48,274 nt of DNA from an uncultured Bacilli bacterium (GTDB lineage: Bacteria; Bacillota_I; Bacilli_A; RF39; UBA660). The position numbers were made by a program, and so were the translations under genes. Shown in pieces: positions 18,951 to 27,405 of the stretch. The DNA lies in the NCBI GenBank assembly GCA_947629305.1, contig CANRDD010000003.1:1-48274 (forward strand). The letters are read 5' to 3'. How positions within the stretch are numbered: the first letter of the stretch is position 1; each line of letters opens with the position of its first letter. Under the pieces are notes generated by a model. It did no database searches. It was not told where the DNA came from and saw only the letters and a program-made list of their open reading frames with translations.

Positions 18951-19314
18951 TTTTGGCCAAAAGAGTAGTTTTAATTATAAATTAATTCATGAAAATAATG
19001 ACGATAAAACAGGAATTTTAAAATTTTCAAAATGTGATGAAAAATATCCTCTTTGTAATTTACAAAAAGAAGAATTAAAAGAATTTATATTTTTTGCAAA
19101 AAAATTTGAAAGTTTGCCTTGGAAAAGTATAAAAACTTATAAAAGTTTTAAATTTGAAAATATACCAGAAATTTTAAAACCAAGCAATATAGAAAAAGAT
19201 ATAACTTTAAGCTCTTTAAGAGCATCGGAAAAATTTAGAATAATTGGCTATAGGCAAGAAGATTATTTTTATATAGTTTGGTTTGATAGAAATCATTTAA
19301 CTTATAAAGGATAA
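18940..19314 (+). CDS. Putative toxin, RelE-like fold, partner of Panacea
   Basis: Overlaps the antitoxin; C-terminal FRIIGYR..YFYIVWFDRNH resembles RelE-like nucleases. Confidence 0.6.
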   Translation: MKHNFGQKSSFNYKLIHENNDDKTGILKFSKCDEKYPLCNLQKEELKEFIFFAKKFESLPWKSIKTYKSFKFENIPEILKPSNIEKDITLSSLRASEKFRIIGYRQEDYFYIVWFDRNHLTYKG

Positions 19315-19469
19315 TTTAAAAATATTTATATTCTAATGGAAGAAGAAAGATTAAAAGCAAAGATCTAACTGCTAAGGATAATATTAATAGTAAGAAAATT
19401 ATCTAACAAAAGTTCTTGGTATTTTTCCTAATTTGTGATATTATTTTAATAGTAAAGGGTGCGTGAAAT

Positions 19470-19970
19470 GTGATGAGTGATGAACCTATTTTTAAAGAAG
19501 AAAAAGAAAAATTAATTTTTGCTCATACGAAGGAAGAGCCAAATGAAGTTAAAGAAGAAAAAGAAAGTAAACCTATTAGTGTTGATTTAGCTTCTTTGAT
19601 GCCAGATGAAGATTTAGAAAAAATAAATCCAGATATAAAGGAAAAAGATAATAATAAAGATATTATAGAAGAAAAAGTATCTGATGAAAAGGATAATAGT
19701 AAAGATATTATAGAAGAAAAAAAAGAAGAAGTATCTATTGAAAAAGATGATAATGAAGATACTATAAAAGAAGAAAAAGATATTAAGATTATTGAAGAAA
19801 AAAAGGATTTTAAAGAAAAAAAAGAAGAAAAGATAAAATTATCAACTATGATAGGCACTATTGTTTTAACTGGTTTAGTTATTTTTATCTTTGCTTATAC
19901 TATATGTAATTTTTATGTTGGTTTTAAATATAGAAATAGTGATAATAATGTAACAGAAACTAATAAATAG
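19470..19970 (+). CDS. Hypothetical membrane protein with charged low-complexity N-terminus
   Basis: E/K-rich region with KDIIEEK twice, single C-terminal TM. Confidence 0.65.
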   Translation: MMSDEPIFKEEKEKLIFAHTKEEPNEVKEEKESKPISVDLASLMPDEDLEKINPDIKEKDNNKDIIEEKVSDEKDNSKDIIEEKKEEVSIEKDDNEDTIKEEKDIKIIEEKKDFKEKKEEKIKLSTMIGTIVLTGLVIFIFAYTICNFYVGFKYRNSDNNVTETNK

Positions 19971-20268
19971 ATAATATTTGTTTAAAGAATATTTTGGTAT
20001 CATTAAAATAGATCATTTTGGTTATTTGATCTATTTTTTTAATTTTTCCTTTTAAAAAATTAATATAACCATCTTTATAAAATTTTAAAATTACTAATTC
20101 TTGGGAATAATAAGCTTCAATTATTTTTTCTTCTATTTCTTTTATTTCTTCATCAGATAAAATAGGTTTTTCTACCTTTTCTTTTTCTTTTCTTAAATTT
20201 TCCATTATTTTTTGACTAGATATAACGGAATTAAAAGGTTGCCATTTAATAATACCTCGATCTTTCAT
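19960..20268 (-). CDS. YolD-like protein
   Basis: MKDRGIIKWQPF signature; coupled to the Y-family polymerase. Confidence 0.9.
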   Translation of the reverse strand: MKDRGIIKWQPFNSVISSQKIMENLRKEKEKVEKPILSDEEIKEIEEKIIEAYYSQELVILKFYKDGYINFLKGKIKKIDQITKMIYFNDTKIFFKQILSIY

Positions 20269-21515
20269 GCATCATGACCTCCAATTTTTTTATTTCTTTC
20301 TATTGCGGTTGAATCAGGTAAAAGATTAGATGCTTTAATTAAACTATTAAAACCAAATTTACCTTTAATATCATCAATAGCTGAATTTATTTTAATATTT
20401 TGTTTTATTTCTTCACTAGTTTCAAATAAATTAAGTTGAACACCAGTTTTAGTTACTAAACCTCCACAGGAAATACTTACTTTTCTAATAGGTAAAAATT
20501 CATAATAACGATCAAATATATAAAAACATTCTTGGGTTATTTCTTGACTAGAATCAGTAGGATTATCTAATTTTAAAGAATGATAAAAACCTCCACTTAT
20601 ATCTTTAGAATAACTAATACCTAAGCCAATAATAGTTGTTTGTTTATTATTTTGTCTAAGACGATAAGTAATAGTATCAACCATTTCCCGAATAATTAAT
20701 TTAATATTATTTTCATTATAATCTTTAAATAAAACTTGGGAATGACTAAAAGATTTATCTTTAGGTAATTGTTTATAATCACTAATAATACTTTCATCTA
20801 TTCCATGCGCATGATTCCATAGTTCTTCACCCATAATACCAAATTTACTTTTTAATTTATTAACATCATATAAAGCTAAATCTTTAATACTATAAATATT
20901 TAAATTATTTAAATTTTTTTCCATTCTTGGGCCTATTCCCCACATTTTAGATAATGGGGTAAGAGGCCATAGCTTTGTTTCTACATCTTGATAAGTCCAT
21001 TTAGCAATCCCATTTTTATATTTTTTAGCTTCTGTATCCATGGCAACTTTAGCTAATAACATATTAGGACCAATGCCACAGGTGGCTGTTAAACCAGTTT
21101 TTATTTCAATTGTCTTTAAAATCTCTAAAGCTATTTCATAATCACTTTTTTTATACATTTTTAAATAGTTAGTTAAATCTAAAAAACATTCATCAATAGA
21201 ATAAATATGTAAATCTTCCATAGCAACATAATCTAAATAAATATTAACTACTTCTTGACTTTTTTTAATATAAAGACTCATTCGGGGAGGAACTATTTGG
21301 TATTTAATATGAGGAGGTATTTCATATAATCTGGTTCGTGATTTAATTCCTTTATTCTTTAAATAAGGGGTAATAGCTAAAGTTATAGCTCCTTGACCTT
21401 GCCTTGGATTAGCTACCACCAAAGGGGTGGTGAAGGGATCTATTTTTCGTTCAACACATTCACATGAAGCAAAAAAACTTTTTAAATCAATACATAAGAT
21501 ATGTCTATTTTGCAT
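20265..21515 (-). CDS. Y-family DNA polymerase (UmuC/YqjW/UvrX-like)
   Basis: CIDLKSFFASCE, YSIDECFLD, GIGPNMLLAKVAMD, C-terminal IGGH. Confidence 0.93.
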   Translation of the reverse strand: MQNRHILCIDLKSFFASCECVERKIDPFTTPLVVANPRQGQGAITLAITPYLKNKGIKSRTRLYEIPPHIKYQIVPPRMSLYIKKSQEVVNIYLDYVAMEDLHIYSIDECFLDLTNYLKMYKKSDYEIALEILKTIEIKTGLTATCGIGPNMLLAKVAMDTEAKKYKNGIAKWTYQDVETKLWPLTPLSKMWGIGPRMEKNLNNLNIYSIKDLALYDVNKLKSKFGIMGEELWNHAHGIDESIISDYKQLPKDKSFSHSQVLFKDYNENNIKLIIREMVDTITYRLRQNNKQTTIIGLGISYSKDISGGFYHSLKLDNPTDSSQEITQECFYIFDRYYEFLPIRKVSISCGGLVTKTGVQLNLFETSEEIKQNIKINSAIDDIKGKFGFNSLIKASNLLPDSTAIERNKKIGGHDA

Positions 21516-21525
21516 ATTATCCCTC

Positions 21526-21577
21526 CAAACATTTGTTTTAATAAAACTATTATATCGTAAAGTTAATGTTTTGACAA
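21526..21577 (-). promoter_or_regulatory. sigA-like promoter plus degenerate LexA (Cheo) box
   Basis: Minus strand TTGTCA-N17-TATAAT (21577-21549); CAAAC-ATTT-GTTTT at 21526-21539 vs CGAAC-N4-GTTCG. Confidence 0.45.
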
Positions 21578-21646
21578 TTCCTTTTTTTGGTAAATATGTA
21601 TAGATTTATGAACAATAATTTATTATAATAATAGAGTAAAGGATGG

Positions 21647-22459
21647 ATGAAGATGAATGATGTTTTAGTAACTATTGGTAAATTAGAAATAAAATGGTAT
21701 GCAGCATTAATACTAGTAGGAGCATTACTTGGAATATTAATGATTTTAAAAGAAGGAAATCGTTATAGAATATCCAAAGATTTTTTATTTAATTTATCAT
21801 TTTGGACAATTATATTTGGTATAATTGGCGCAAGAGTATATTATGTGTTATTTAATTTAGAATATTATCAAAATTTTGCTGATGTTTTTAAAATATGGGA
21901 AGGGGGACTTGCTATTCATGGAGGAATTATCGCTGGTTTAATAACTCTTATTATCTATTGTAAGAAATATAATGCCCGCATCTTAAGAATTACCGATTTA
22001 GTTGCCCCAGCTTTATTACTTGCTCAAGCCATAGGTAGATGGGGAAACTTCTTTAATATGGAAGCTCATGGGGCTGCGACAACAATCGAACATTTACAAA
22101 ATTTACATATTCCAGAGTTTATTATTGAAGGAATGAAAATAGATGGTATTTATTATGAACCAACCTTTTTATATGAATCTTTATGGTGTTTATTAGGTTT
22201 AATTATTATTTTAATTATTCGGAGATTAAAATATACGAAGGTAAGTCAAATAACCGCGGTATACTTAATGTGGTATGGTTTAGGGCGTTTTATTATTGAA
22301 GGAATGCGCACAGATTCTTTAATGCTTGGAGGCTTTAAAATGGCCCAAATAGTATCCGTTGTGATGATAGTTGTTGGTTTATTTATAATTTTAATTACCA
22401 GTCGTAAAGGAAGATATGAAGATTTATATAATGCTGATGAAGAAAATATTCGTTTTTAA
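21647..22459 (+). CDS. lgt: Prolipoprotein diacylglyceryl transferase
   Basis: IGARVYYV, WEGGLAIHGG, QAIGRWGNFFN, PTFLYES. Confidence 0.97.
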   Translation: MKMNDVLVTIGKLEIKWYAALILVGALLGILMILKEGNRYRISKDFLFNLSFWTIIFGIIGARVYYVLFNLEYYQNFADVFKIWEGGLAIHGGIIAGLITLIIYCKKYNARILRITDLVAPALLLAQAIGRWGNFFNMEAHGAATTIEHLQNLHIPEFIIEGMKIDGIYYEPTFLYESLWCLLGLIIILIIRRLKYTKVSQITAVYLMWYGLGRFIIEGMRTDSLMLGGFKMAQIVSVVMIVVGLFIILITSRKGRYEDLYNADEENIRF

Positions 22460-22483
22460 AAAGTAGCTAGTTCTACTTTTTTT

Positions 22484-22513
22484 GTTTAATTTAAGTAATT
22501 TATTTCCATACTA
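22484..22513 (+). promoter_or_regulatory. sigG/sigF-like promoter candidate
   Basis: GTTTA-N18-CATACTA, just after the lgt terminator. Confidence 0.4.
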
Positions 22514-22535
22514 AAAAAAGAAAAGAGGTTATATT

Positions 22536-23414
22536 ATGTATGATATTATTATCGTTGGTATGGGGATAAGTGGAATCACGGCAGCTATATTTGCTAAAAG
22601 AAGAAATATGAAAGTATTATTATTAGATAAAAAATATCCTGGGGGTTTACTTAATAATATTGATACAATTAGTAATTATCCAGGTTTAATTGCTATAAGT
22701 GGACCTGATTTTGCCCAAATATTATTAAAACAAATTCAAGCTTTAGATATAGAATATAAATTAGAAGAAGTTATATCATTAGATTTAAAGAAAGAAATAA
22801 AAATAGTTAAAACAAAAAGTAAAGAATATCAAGCTAAGAAAGTAATATTAGCTTTAGGAAGAAAACCTAAGTATTTAGGTTTAGATAATGAATTAGATTA
22901 TTTAGGAAGAGGAGTTGCTACATCAGCTTTAAAAGAAGCTAAAAGTTATCAAGATAAAGTTATTGCTGTTGTGGGAACAGGAAATAGTGCTTTACAAGAA
23001 ACTTTATATTTAACTAAATATGCTAAGAAAATATATTTACTTAATCGGAGGGATGCTTTTCGGGGAGAAGAAAAATTAGTAGATGAAGTAAAAAAGAATG
23101 AAAAAATAGAAATTATATATAATGTTACTTTAAAGAAAATTAATGAAGAAAATAAAAAAATAAATAGTATAAAGTTAAGTAATGAACAAAATATTAAAGT
23201 AGAAGGAATATTTGTTTATATAGGATATAGACCTGATACTAATCTTGTAAAAGAATATAAAATATTAGATAGTAATAATTATATAAAAGTTGATTATAAT
23301 TATGAAACAAGTATTAAAGATGTTTATGCTATTGGTGATTGTATACCTAAAGATGTTTTTTTACTTATAACTGCTGCGAGTGATGGAGCTAAAGTTATCT
23401 ATCGGATGAAATAA
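22536..23414 (+). CDS. TrxB-family FAD/NADPH oxidoreductase lacking the CxxC motif
   Basis: GxGxxG, ISNYPG, GTGNSA, RRDAFR, YAIGD; GVATSALKE replaces GVSYCAxCD. Confidence 0.85.
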   Translation: MYDIIIVGMGISGITAAIFAKRRNMKVLLLDKKYPGGLLNNIDTISNYPGLIAISGPDFAQILLKQIQALDIEYKLEEVISLDLKKEIKIVKTKSKEYQAKKVILALGRKPKYLGLDNELDYLGRGVATSALKEAKSYQDKVIAVVGTGNSALQETLYLTKYAKKIYLLNRRDAFRGEEKLVDEVKKNEKIEIIYNVTLKKINEENKKINSIKLSNEQNIKVEGIFVYIGYRPDTNLVKEYKILDSNNYIKVDYNYETSIKDVYAIGDCIPKDVFLLITAASDGAKVIYRMK

Positions 23415-23469
23415 ATTATATCTTTAAAAAGTAACTATTTTATTTTATAATATTATCATAGGTAAAGGA

Positions 23470-26400
23470 ATGATAAATTTGAAAAAAATAGTAGATGGAA
23501 ATATAGCTTGTAGTAGAATAGCCTATCTTTTTAGTGAAGTTTGTAGTATATATCCTATTACACCTTCTAGTCCAATGGCTTCTAATATAGATGCTTTAAC
23601 TAATGAAGATAATTATAATTTATTTTATGATAAACCAAGAGTTTTAGAAATGGAGTCTGAAGCAGGAGCAGCTGGAGCAATGCATGGGGCTTTACTTGCG
23701 GGTTCTCTTGCTTCAACATTCACGGCGAGTCAAGGTTTATTATTAATGATTCCTAATATGTATAAAATGGCTGGGGAAATGCTTCCTGGAGTTATTCATG
23801 TGGCAAGCCGGAGTTTAGCAACCCATGCTTTATCTATCTTTGGTGATCATCAAGATGTTTATGCTGTAAGACAAACAGGTTTTTGTATGTTATGTTCAAC
23901 AAATGTTTTTGATGCACAAAATTTAGCCGCGGTTGCTCATTTATCAGCCATCAAAGGAAGTCTTCCTTTCTTACATTTTTTTGATGGTTTTCGAACTAGT
24001 CATGAATTAAATACTATTGATGAATTAGAATATAAAGATTTATTACCTTTAATAGATTATGATAAAATAGAAGAATTTAAAAAAAGAACTTTAAATGTTG
24101 ATCATCATTTTCAATATGGGATGGCGCAAAATGAAGATGTTTATTTTCAATGTATGGAAGCCCGTAATAAGAATTATGAAGAAATACCTGACATTGTAAA
24201 TGATTATATGGAAAAAATTAATAAAATAATGGGAACAAATTATAAACCATTTAATTACTATGGATCAGCTAAAGCCGAGAATATAATCGTGGCAATGGGT
24301 AGTGTTAATGATACAATTAAAAAAGTTGTAGATAAATTAGGTAATGTTGGTTTAATTGAAGTTCATTTGTATCGTCCTTTTAGTGCCAAATATTTTTTAG
24401 AATGTTTACCAAAAAGCGTGAAGAATATTGCTGTTTTAGATCGAACAAAAGAAGCTGGTAGTGTTGGTGAACCTCTTTATCTAGATGTTTGTAGCGTTTT
24501 AAAGGATCAAGATATTAATGTTTATGGAGGAAGATATGGTTTAGCTAGTAAAAATACTACTCCAGCTGATATTGCTTCTGTTTATGCTAGTTTAGATGAA
24601 GGCATTCATCATAATTTTACAATTGGCATAATTGATGATGTTACTAATTTAAGTCTTCCGAAAATTAATTTTGTTTTACCAGTTGATAGTCAAGAAATTA
24701 AAATATATGGCTTTGGTTCAGATGGAATGGTTAGTGCTAGTAAAGATTTATTAAAAATAGTTCATCAAAATTTAAATCAATATGTCCAAGGTTATTTTGA
24801 ATATGATTCAAAGAAAAGTGGAGGCGTAACTGTTTCTAATTTAAGATTTAGTGATAAGAGTATAAATGAACCTTATTATGTAACAAATCCAGCCATGGTT
24901 GTTGTTACTAAAGATATTTATTTTCGTTTATTTGATATGTTAAATAATATTAAAGATAAAGGTATTTTATTAATTAATACTGTTAAAAAAGAAGAAGAAT
25001 TAATTAAATTTTTACCTAATAAAGTTAAAAAAATAATTCATGATAAAAAATTAATTGTTTATTATTTAGATGCAGATAATATTGCTTTAAAATATGGTAT
25101 TAAAGGAAAAATAAGTAAGATTATGGAAGTTTTAATCTTAAATTTATTAAAAGTAGATAATGCCTATGCAATGATTAAAGAAAATATTAAGAAAGCTTTT
25201 GCTACTAAAGGAGAAAATATTATTAAAAGTAATATAGAAGCAATGGAAGAAGCATTAAAGAGTTTAAAAACATTAAATAATGATTTAGAATATAGTAATA
25301 CTTTAGAAATAATAGAAGATGATGTTATTGATTTAATTAAAGCAAGAAAAGGGGGAGAATTACCGGTTAGTAAGTTATTAGATTATGCAAATGGTTCTTT
25401 TCCAAGTGGAACAAGTTTTCAAGAAAAAAGAGGTATATCAGGGATAGTACCTGTTTGGCATCCGGAAAATTGTATTCAATGTGGTATGTGTAGTATTAGT
25501 TGTCCTCATGCTGTTGTTAGAACTATTGCACATAATGATTCAGCTAAAGGAATTCCTTTTCTTGGGCAAGATAATTTAAGATATGAAGTAATAATTAGTG
25601 AAGAAGACTGCACCGGATGTGGTGTTTGTGCAAATGTTTGTCCTGGTAAAAAAGGACAAAAGGCTTTAGTTATGATGGAAAAAATAGCTCATAAGTTAGA
25701 TGGTAAATATGAAGAAAAGAATATTAATCCTTTAAATAAATTTACGATTAAAGGAAGTCAATTAGAAAAGCCTTTATTTGCTTATTCGGGAGCTTGTGCA
25801 GGATGCGGGGAAACCCCTTATATTAAGTTATTAACCCAATTATTTGGCCAAAAGTTAATTATAGCTAATGCTACAGGTTGTTCTTCAATCTACGGGGGAT
25901 CATTTCCATCTAGTCCTTATTCTATTCCTTGGGCTAATTCCTTATTTGAAGATAATGCCGAATTTGCTTTAGGTATTCATTTATCATATGTTCAAAAAAG
26001 AGAAAGAATTAAGAAAATAATGACAAGTTCCATTGATTCGGTTGATCAAAATGTAGCCCATACTTTTCAAAGATGGCTTAATAATCCTGAAGATTTTGCT
26101 GAAACTATGCAGGTTAAGAAAGATTTAGAAAAGATGTTAATTCCCAAAGAATTAAAAGAATTACTTGATTATATTCCGACAAGAACGATCTGGGCTATTG
26201 GAGGAGATGGCTGGGCTTATGACATAGGTTATGGAGGTCTTGATCATCTTCTTCATAGTAATCAAAATGTTAAAGTATTAGTTCTTGATACCGAAGTTTA
26301 TTCAAATACAGGAGGGCAAGCTAGTAAAGCTACAAAACTTGGCGCCGTCGCAGAATTTGCTAACTTTGGTAAAAAGACCCATAAAAAAGATTTATTTAAA

Positions 26401-26811
26401 ATGGCTACATGTATTCCTAATTGTTATGTTGCGAGTATTTCTTTAGGAGCAAATTATGCTCAAGCCATCAAAGCTTTCGAAGAAGCGGATAAACATGATG
26501 GACCTGCTTTAATCATTTGTTATGCTCCATGTATTGAACATGGTATTAAAACAGGCATGGGTACAAGCATGTTAGAAGAAAAACTAGCCGTGGAATGTGG
26601 TTATACGCTTTTAATGCGTTATGATAAAGCTTTATATTTAGATAGTAAGGAACCTGATTTTACTAAATATCAAGAATTTTTAGATAATGAAGTTCGTTTT
26701 AATGCTTTAAAAATTAAAGATTCATCTTTAGCTCAAGAACTATTAAATGATCAAAAAGAATATGCTATGGAAAGATATGAATATTATAAAAATATATCTT
26801 TAAAAAAGTAG
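23470..26811 (+). CDS. nifJ: Pyruvate:ferredoxin (flavodoxin) oxidoreductase, NifJ type
   Basis: YPITPSS, SEAGAAG, two 4Fe-4S motifs, GACAGCGE, GGDGWAYDIG, YSNTGGQ. Confidence 0.96.
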   Translation: MINLKKIVDGNIACSRIAYLFSEVCSIYPITPSSPMASNIDALTNEDNYNLFYDKPRVLEMESEAGAAGAMHGALLAGSLASTFTASQGLLLMIPNMYKMAGEMLPGVIHVASRSLATHALSIFGDHQDVYAVRQTGFCMLCSTNVFDAQNLAAVAHLSAIKGSLPFLHFFDGFRTSHELNTIDELEYKDLLPLIDYDKIEEFKKRTLNVDHHFQYGMAQNEDVYFQCMEARNKNYEEIPDIVNDYMEKINKIMGTNYKPFNYYGSAKAENIIVAMGSVNDTIKKVVDKLGNVGLIEVHLYRPFSAKYFLECLPKSVKNIAVLDRTKEAGSVGEPLYLDVCSVLKDQDINVYGGRYGLASKNTTPADIASVYASLDEGIHHNFTIGIIDDVTNLSLPKINFVLPVDSQEIKIYGFGSDGMVSASKDLLKIVHQNLNQYVQGYFEYDSKKSGGVTVSNLRFSDKSINEPYYVTNPAMVVVTKDIYFRLFDMLNNIKDKGILLINTVKKEEELIKFLPNKVKKIIHDKKLIVYYLDADNIALKYGIKGKISKIMEVLILNLLKVDNAYAMIKENIKKAFATKGENIIKSNIEAMEEALKSLKTLNNDLEYSNTLEIIEDDVIDLIKARKGGELPVSKLLDYANGSFPSGTSFQEKRGISGIVPVWHPENCIQCGMCSISCPHAVVRTIAHNDSAKGIPFLGQDNLRYEVIISEEDCTGCGVCANVCPGKKGQKALVMMEKIAHKLDGKYEEKNINPLNKFTIKGSQLEKPLFAYSGACAGCGETPYIKLLTQLFGQKLIIANATGCSSIYGGSFPSSPYSIPWANSLFEDNAEFALGIHLSYVQKRERIKKIMTSSIDSVDQNVAHTFQRWLNNPEDFAETMQVKKDLEKMLIPKELKELLDYIPTRTIWAIGGDGWAYDIGYGGLDHLLHSNQNVKVLVLDTEVYSNTGGQASKATKLGAVAEFANFGKKTHKKDLFKMATCIPNCYVASISLGANYAQAIKAFEEADKHDGPALIICYAPCIEHGIKTGMGTSMLEEKLAVECGYTLLMRYDKALYLDSKEPDFTKYQEFLDNEVRFNALKIKDSSLAQELLNDQKEYAMERYEYYKNISLKK

Positions 26812-26818
26812 GTTTAAA

Positions 26819-27187
26819 ATGGTTGTCTGGGATCAAATTAAAGATTATTTAAAACAATATATATTATTAGATATATTAGCATCTGTTATAACCTTTATCT
26901 CTTGGCATTACTTCACAGAGAATTTAGGTTTATTTATGAGTTTAGTTAGTATGTATATTTTAATTGATATTTATATTGGTTATAATAATGGTAAAGAAAA
27001 TGATTTATATGAAGTTATAGCTTTATTTATTATTATCATTATTTATCAAATTATTACTTATTATTTAATAAAATGGCTTTTCCTTGAATATTCTACTATT
27101 AGATTATTATTTTCTTGGTATTCCATGGTTCGCCTTAGTTTTTTTCCCTTTGCTATTGCATCTTTTATTGGTTGGAAAAATTATTAA
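26819..27187 (+). CDS. Small multi-pass membrane protein
   Basis: 122 aa, about 4 hydrophobic segments, 7 nt after PFOR. Confidence 0.6.
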   Translation: MVVWDQIKDYLKQYILLDILASVITFISWHYFTENLGLFMSLVSMYILIDIYIGYNNGKENDLYEVIALFIIIIIYQIITYYLIKWLFLEYSTIRLLFSWYSMVRLSFFPFAIASFIGWKNY

Positions 27188-27189
27188 AA

Positions 27190-27293
27190 TAAAAAAAGAC
27201 GGAGATTTGCTCTTCACAAATCTCCAAAAGAATAAAAAGGGGTTGACTAGTGTGATACTAGCACCAATTCGCCTTCTTTAGTGAATTGGTGAT
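27190..27293 (-). ncRNA. Candidate ~100-nt sRNA
   Basis: Minus-strand promoter, two hairpins, single-stranded CAACCCCUUUU, terminator GGAGAUUUG/CAAAUCUCC + U7. Confidence 0.6.
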
Positions 27294-27297
27294 TACT

Positions 27298-27326
27298 ATC
27301 CTAACCGATTTAACTTAATTTGTCAA
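27298..27326 (-). promoter_or_regulatory. sigA-like promoter of the candidate sRNA
   Basis: TTGACA-N17-TAGGAT on the minus strand. Confidence 0.65.
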
Positions 27327-27405
27327 TATTTTTTGCTAAAAAATTTATAAAAAATATTAAATTAAGGTTTTACTTAGATATTTAGGGTATTATAAGGAGA
27401 AGAAA

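Larger units (their letters stand above)
18276..19406. mobile_element. Integrase-free TA islet at the uvrA 3' end, bounded by a 15-bp direct repeat
   Basis: AAGAAAATTATCTAA at 18276-18290 (end of uvrA) and again at 19392-19406. Confidence 0.65.

Noticed and set aside
27084..27281. 65-aa ORF over the candidate sRNA
   Set aside because: Overlaps a better gene out of frame, has a TTG start without RBS, and has no recognisable features.
27262..27291. tRNA-like D-arm (GGCGAATTGGT on the minus strand)
   Set aside because: No T-arm GTTCRA, no acceptor stem and no cloverleaf.
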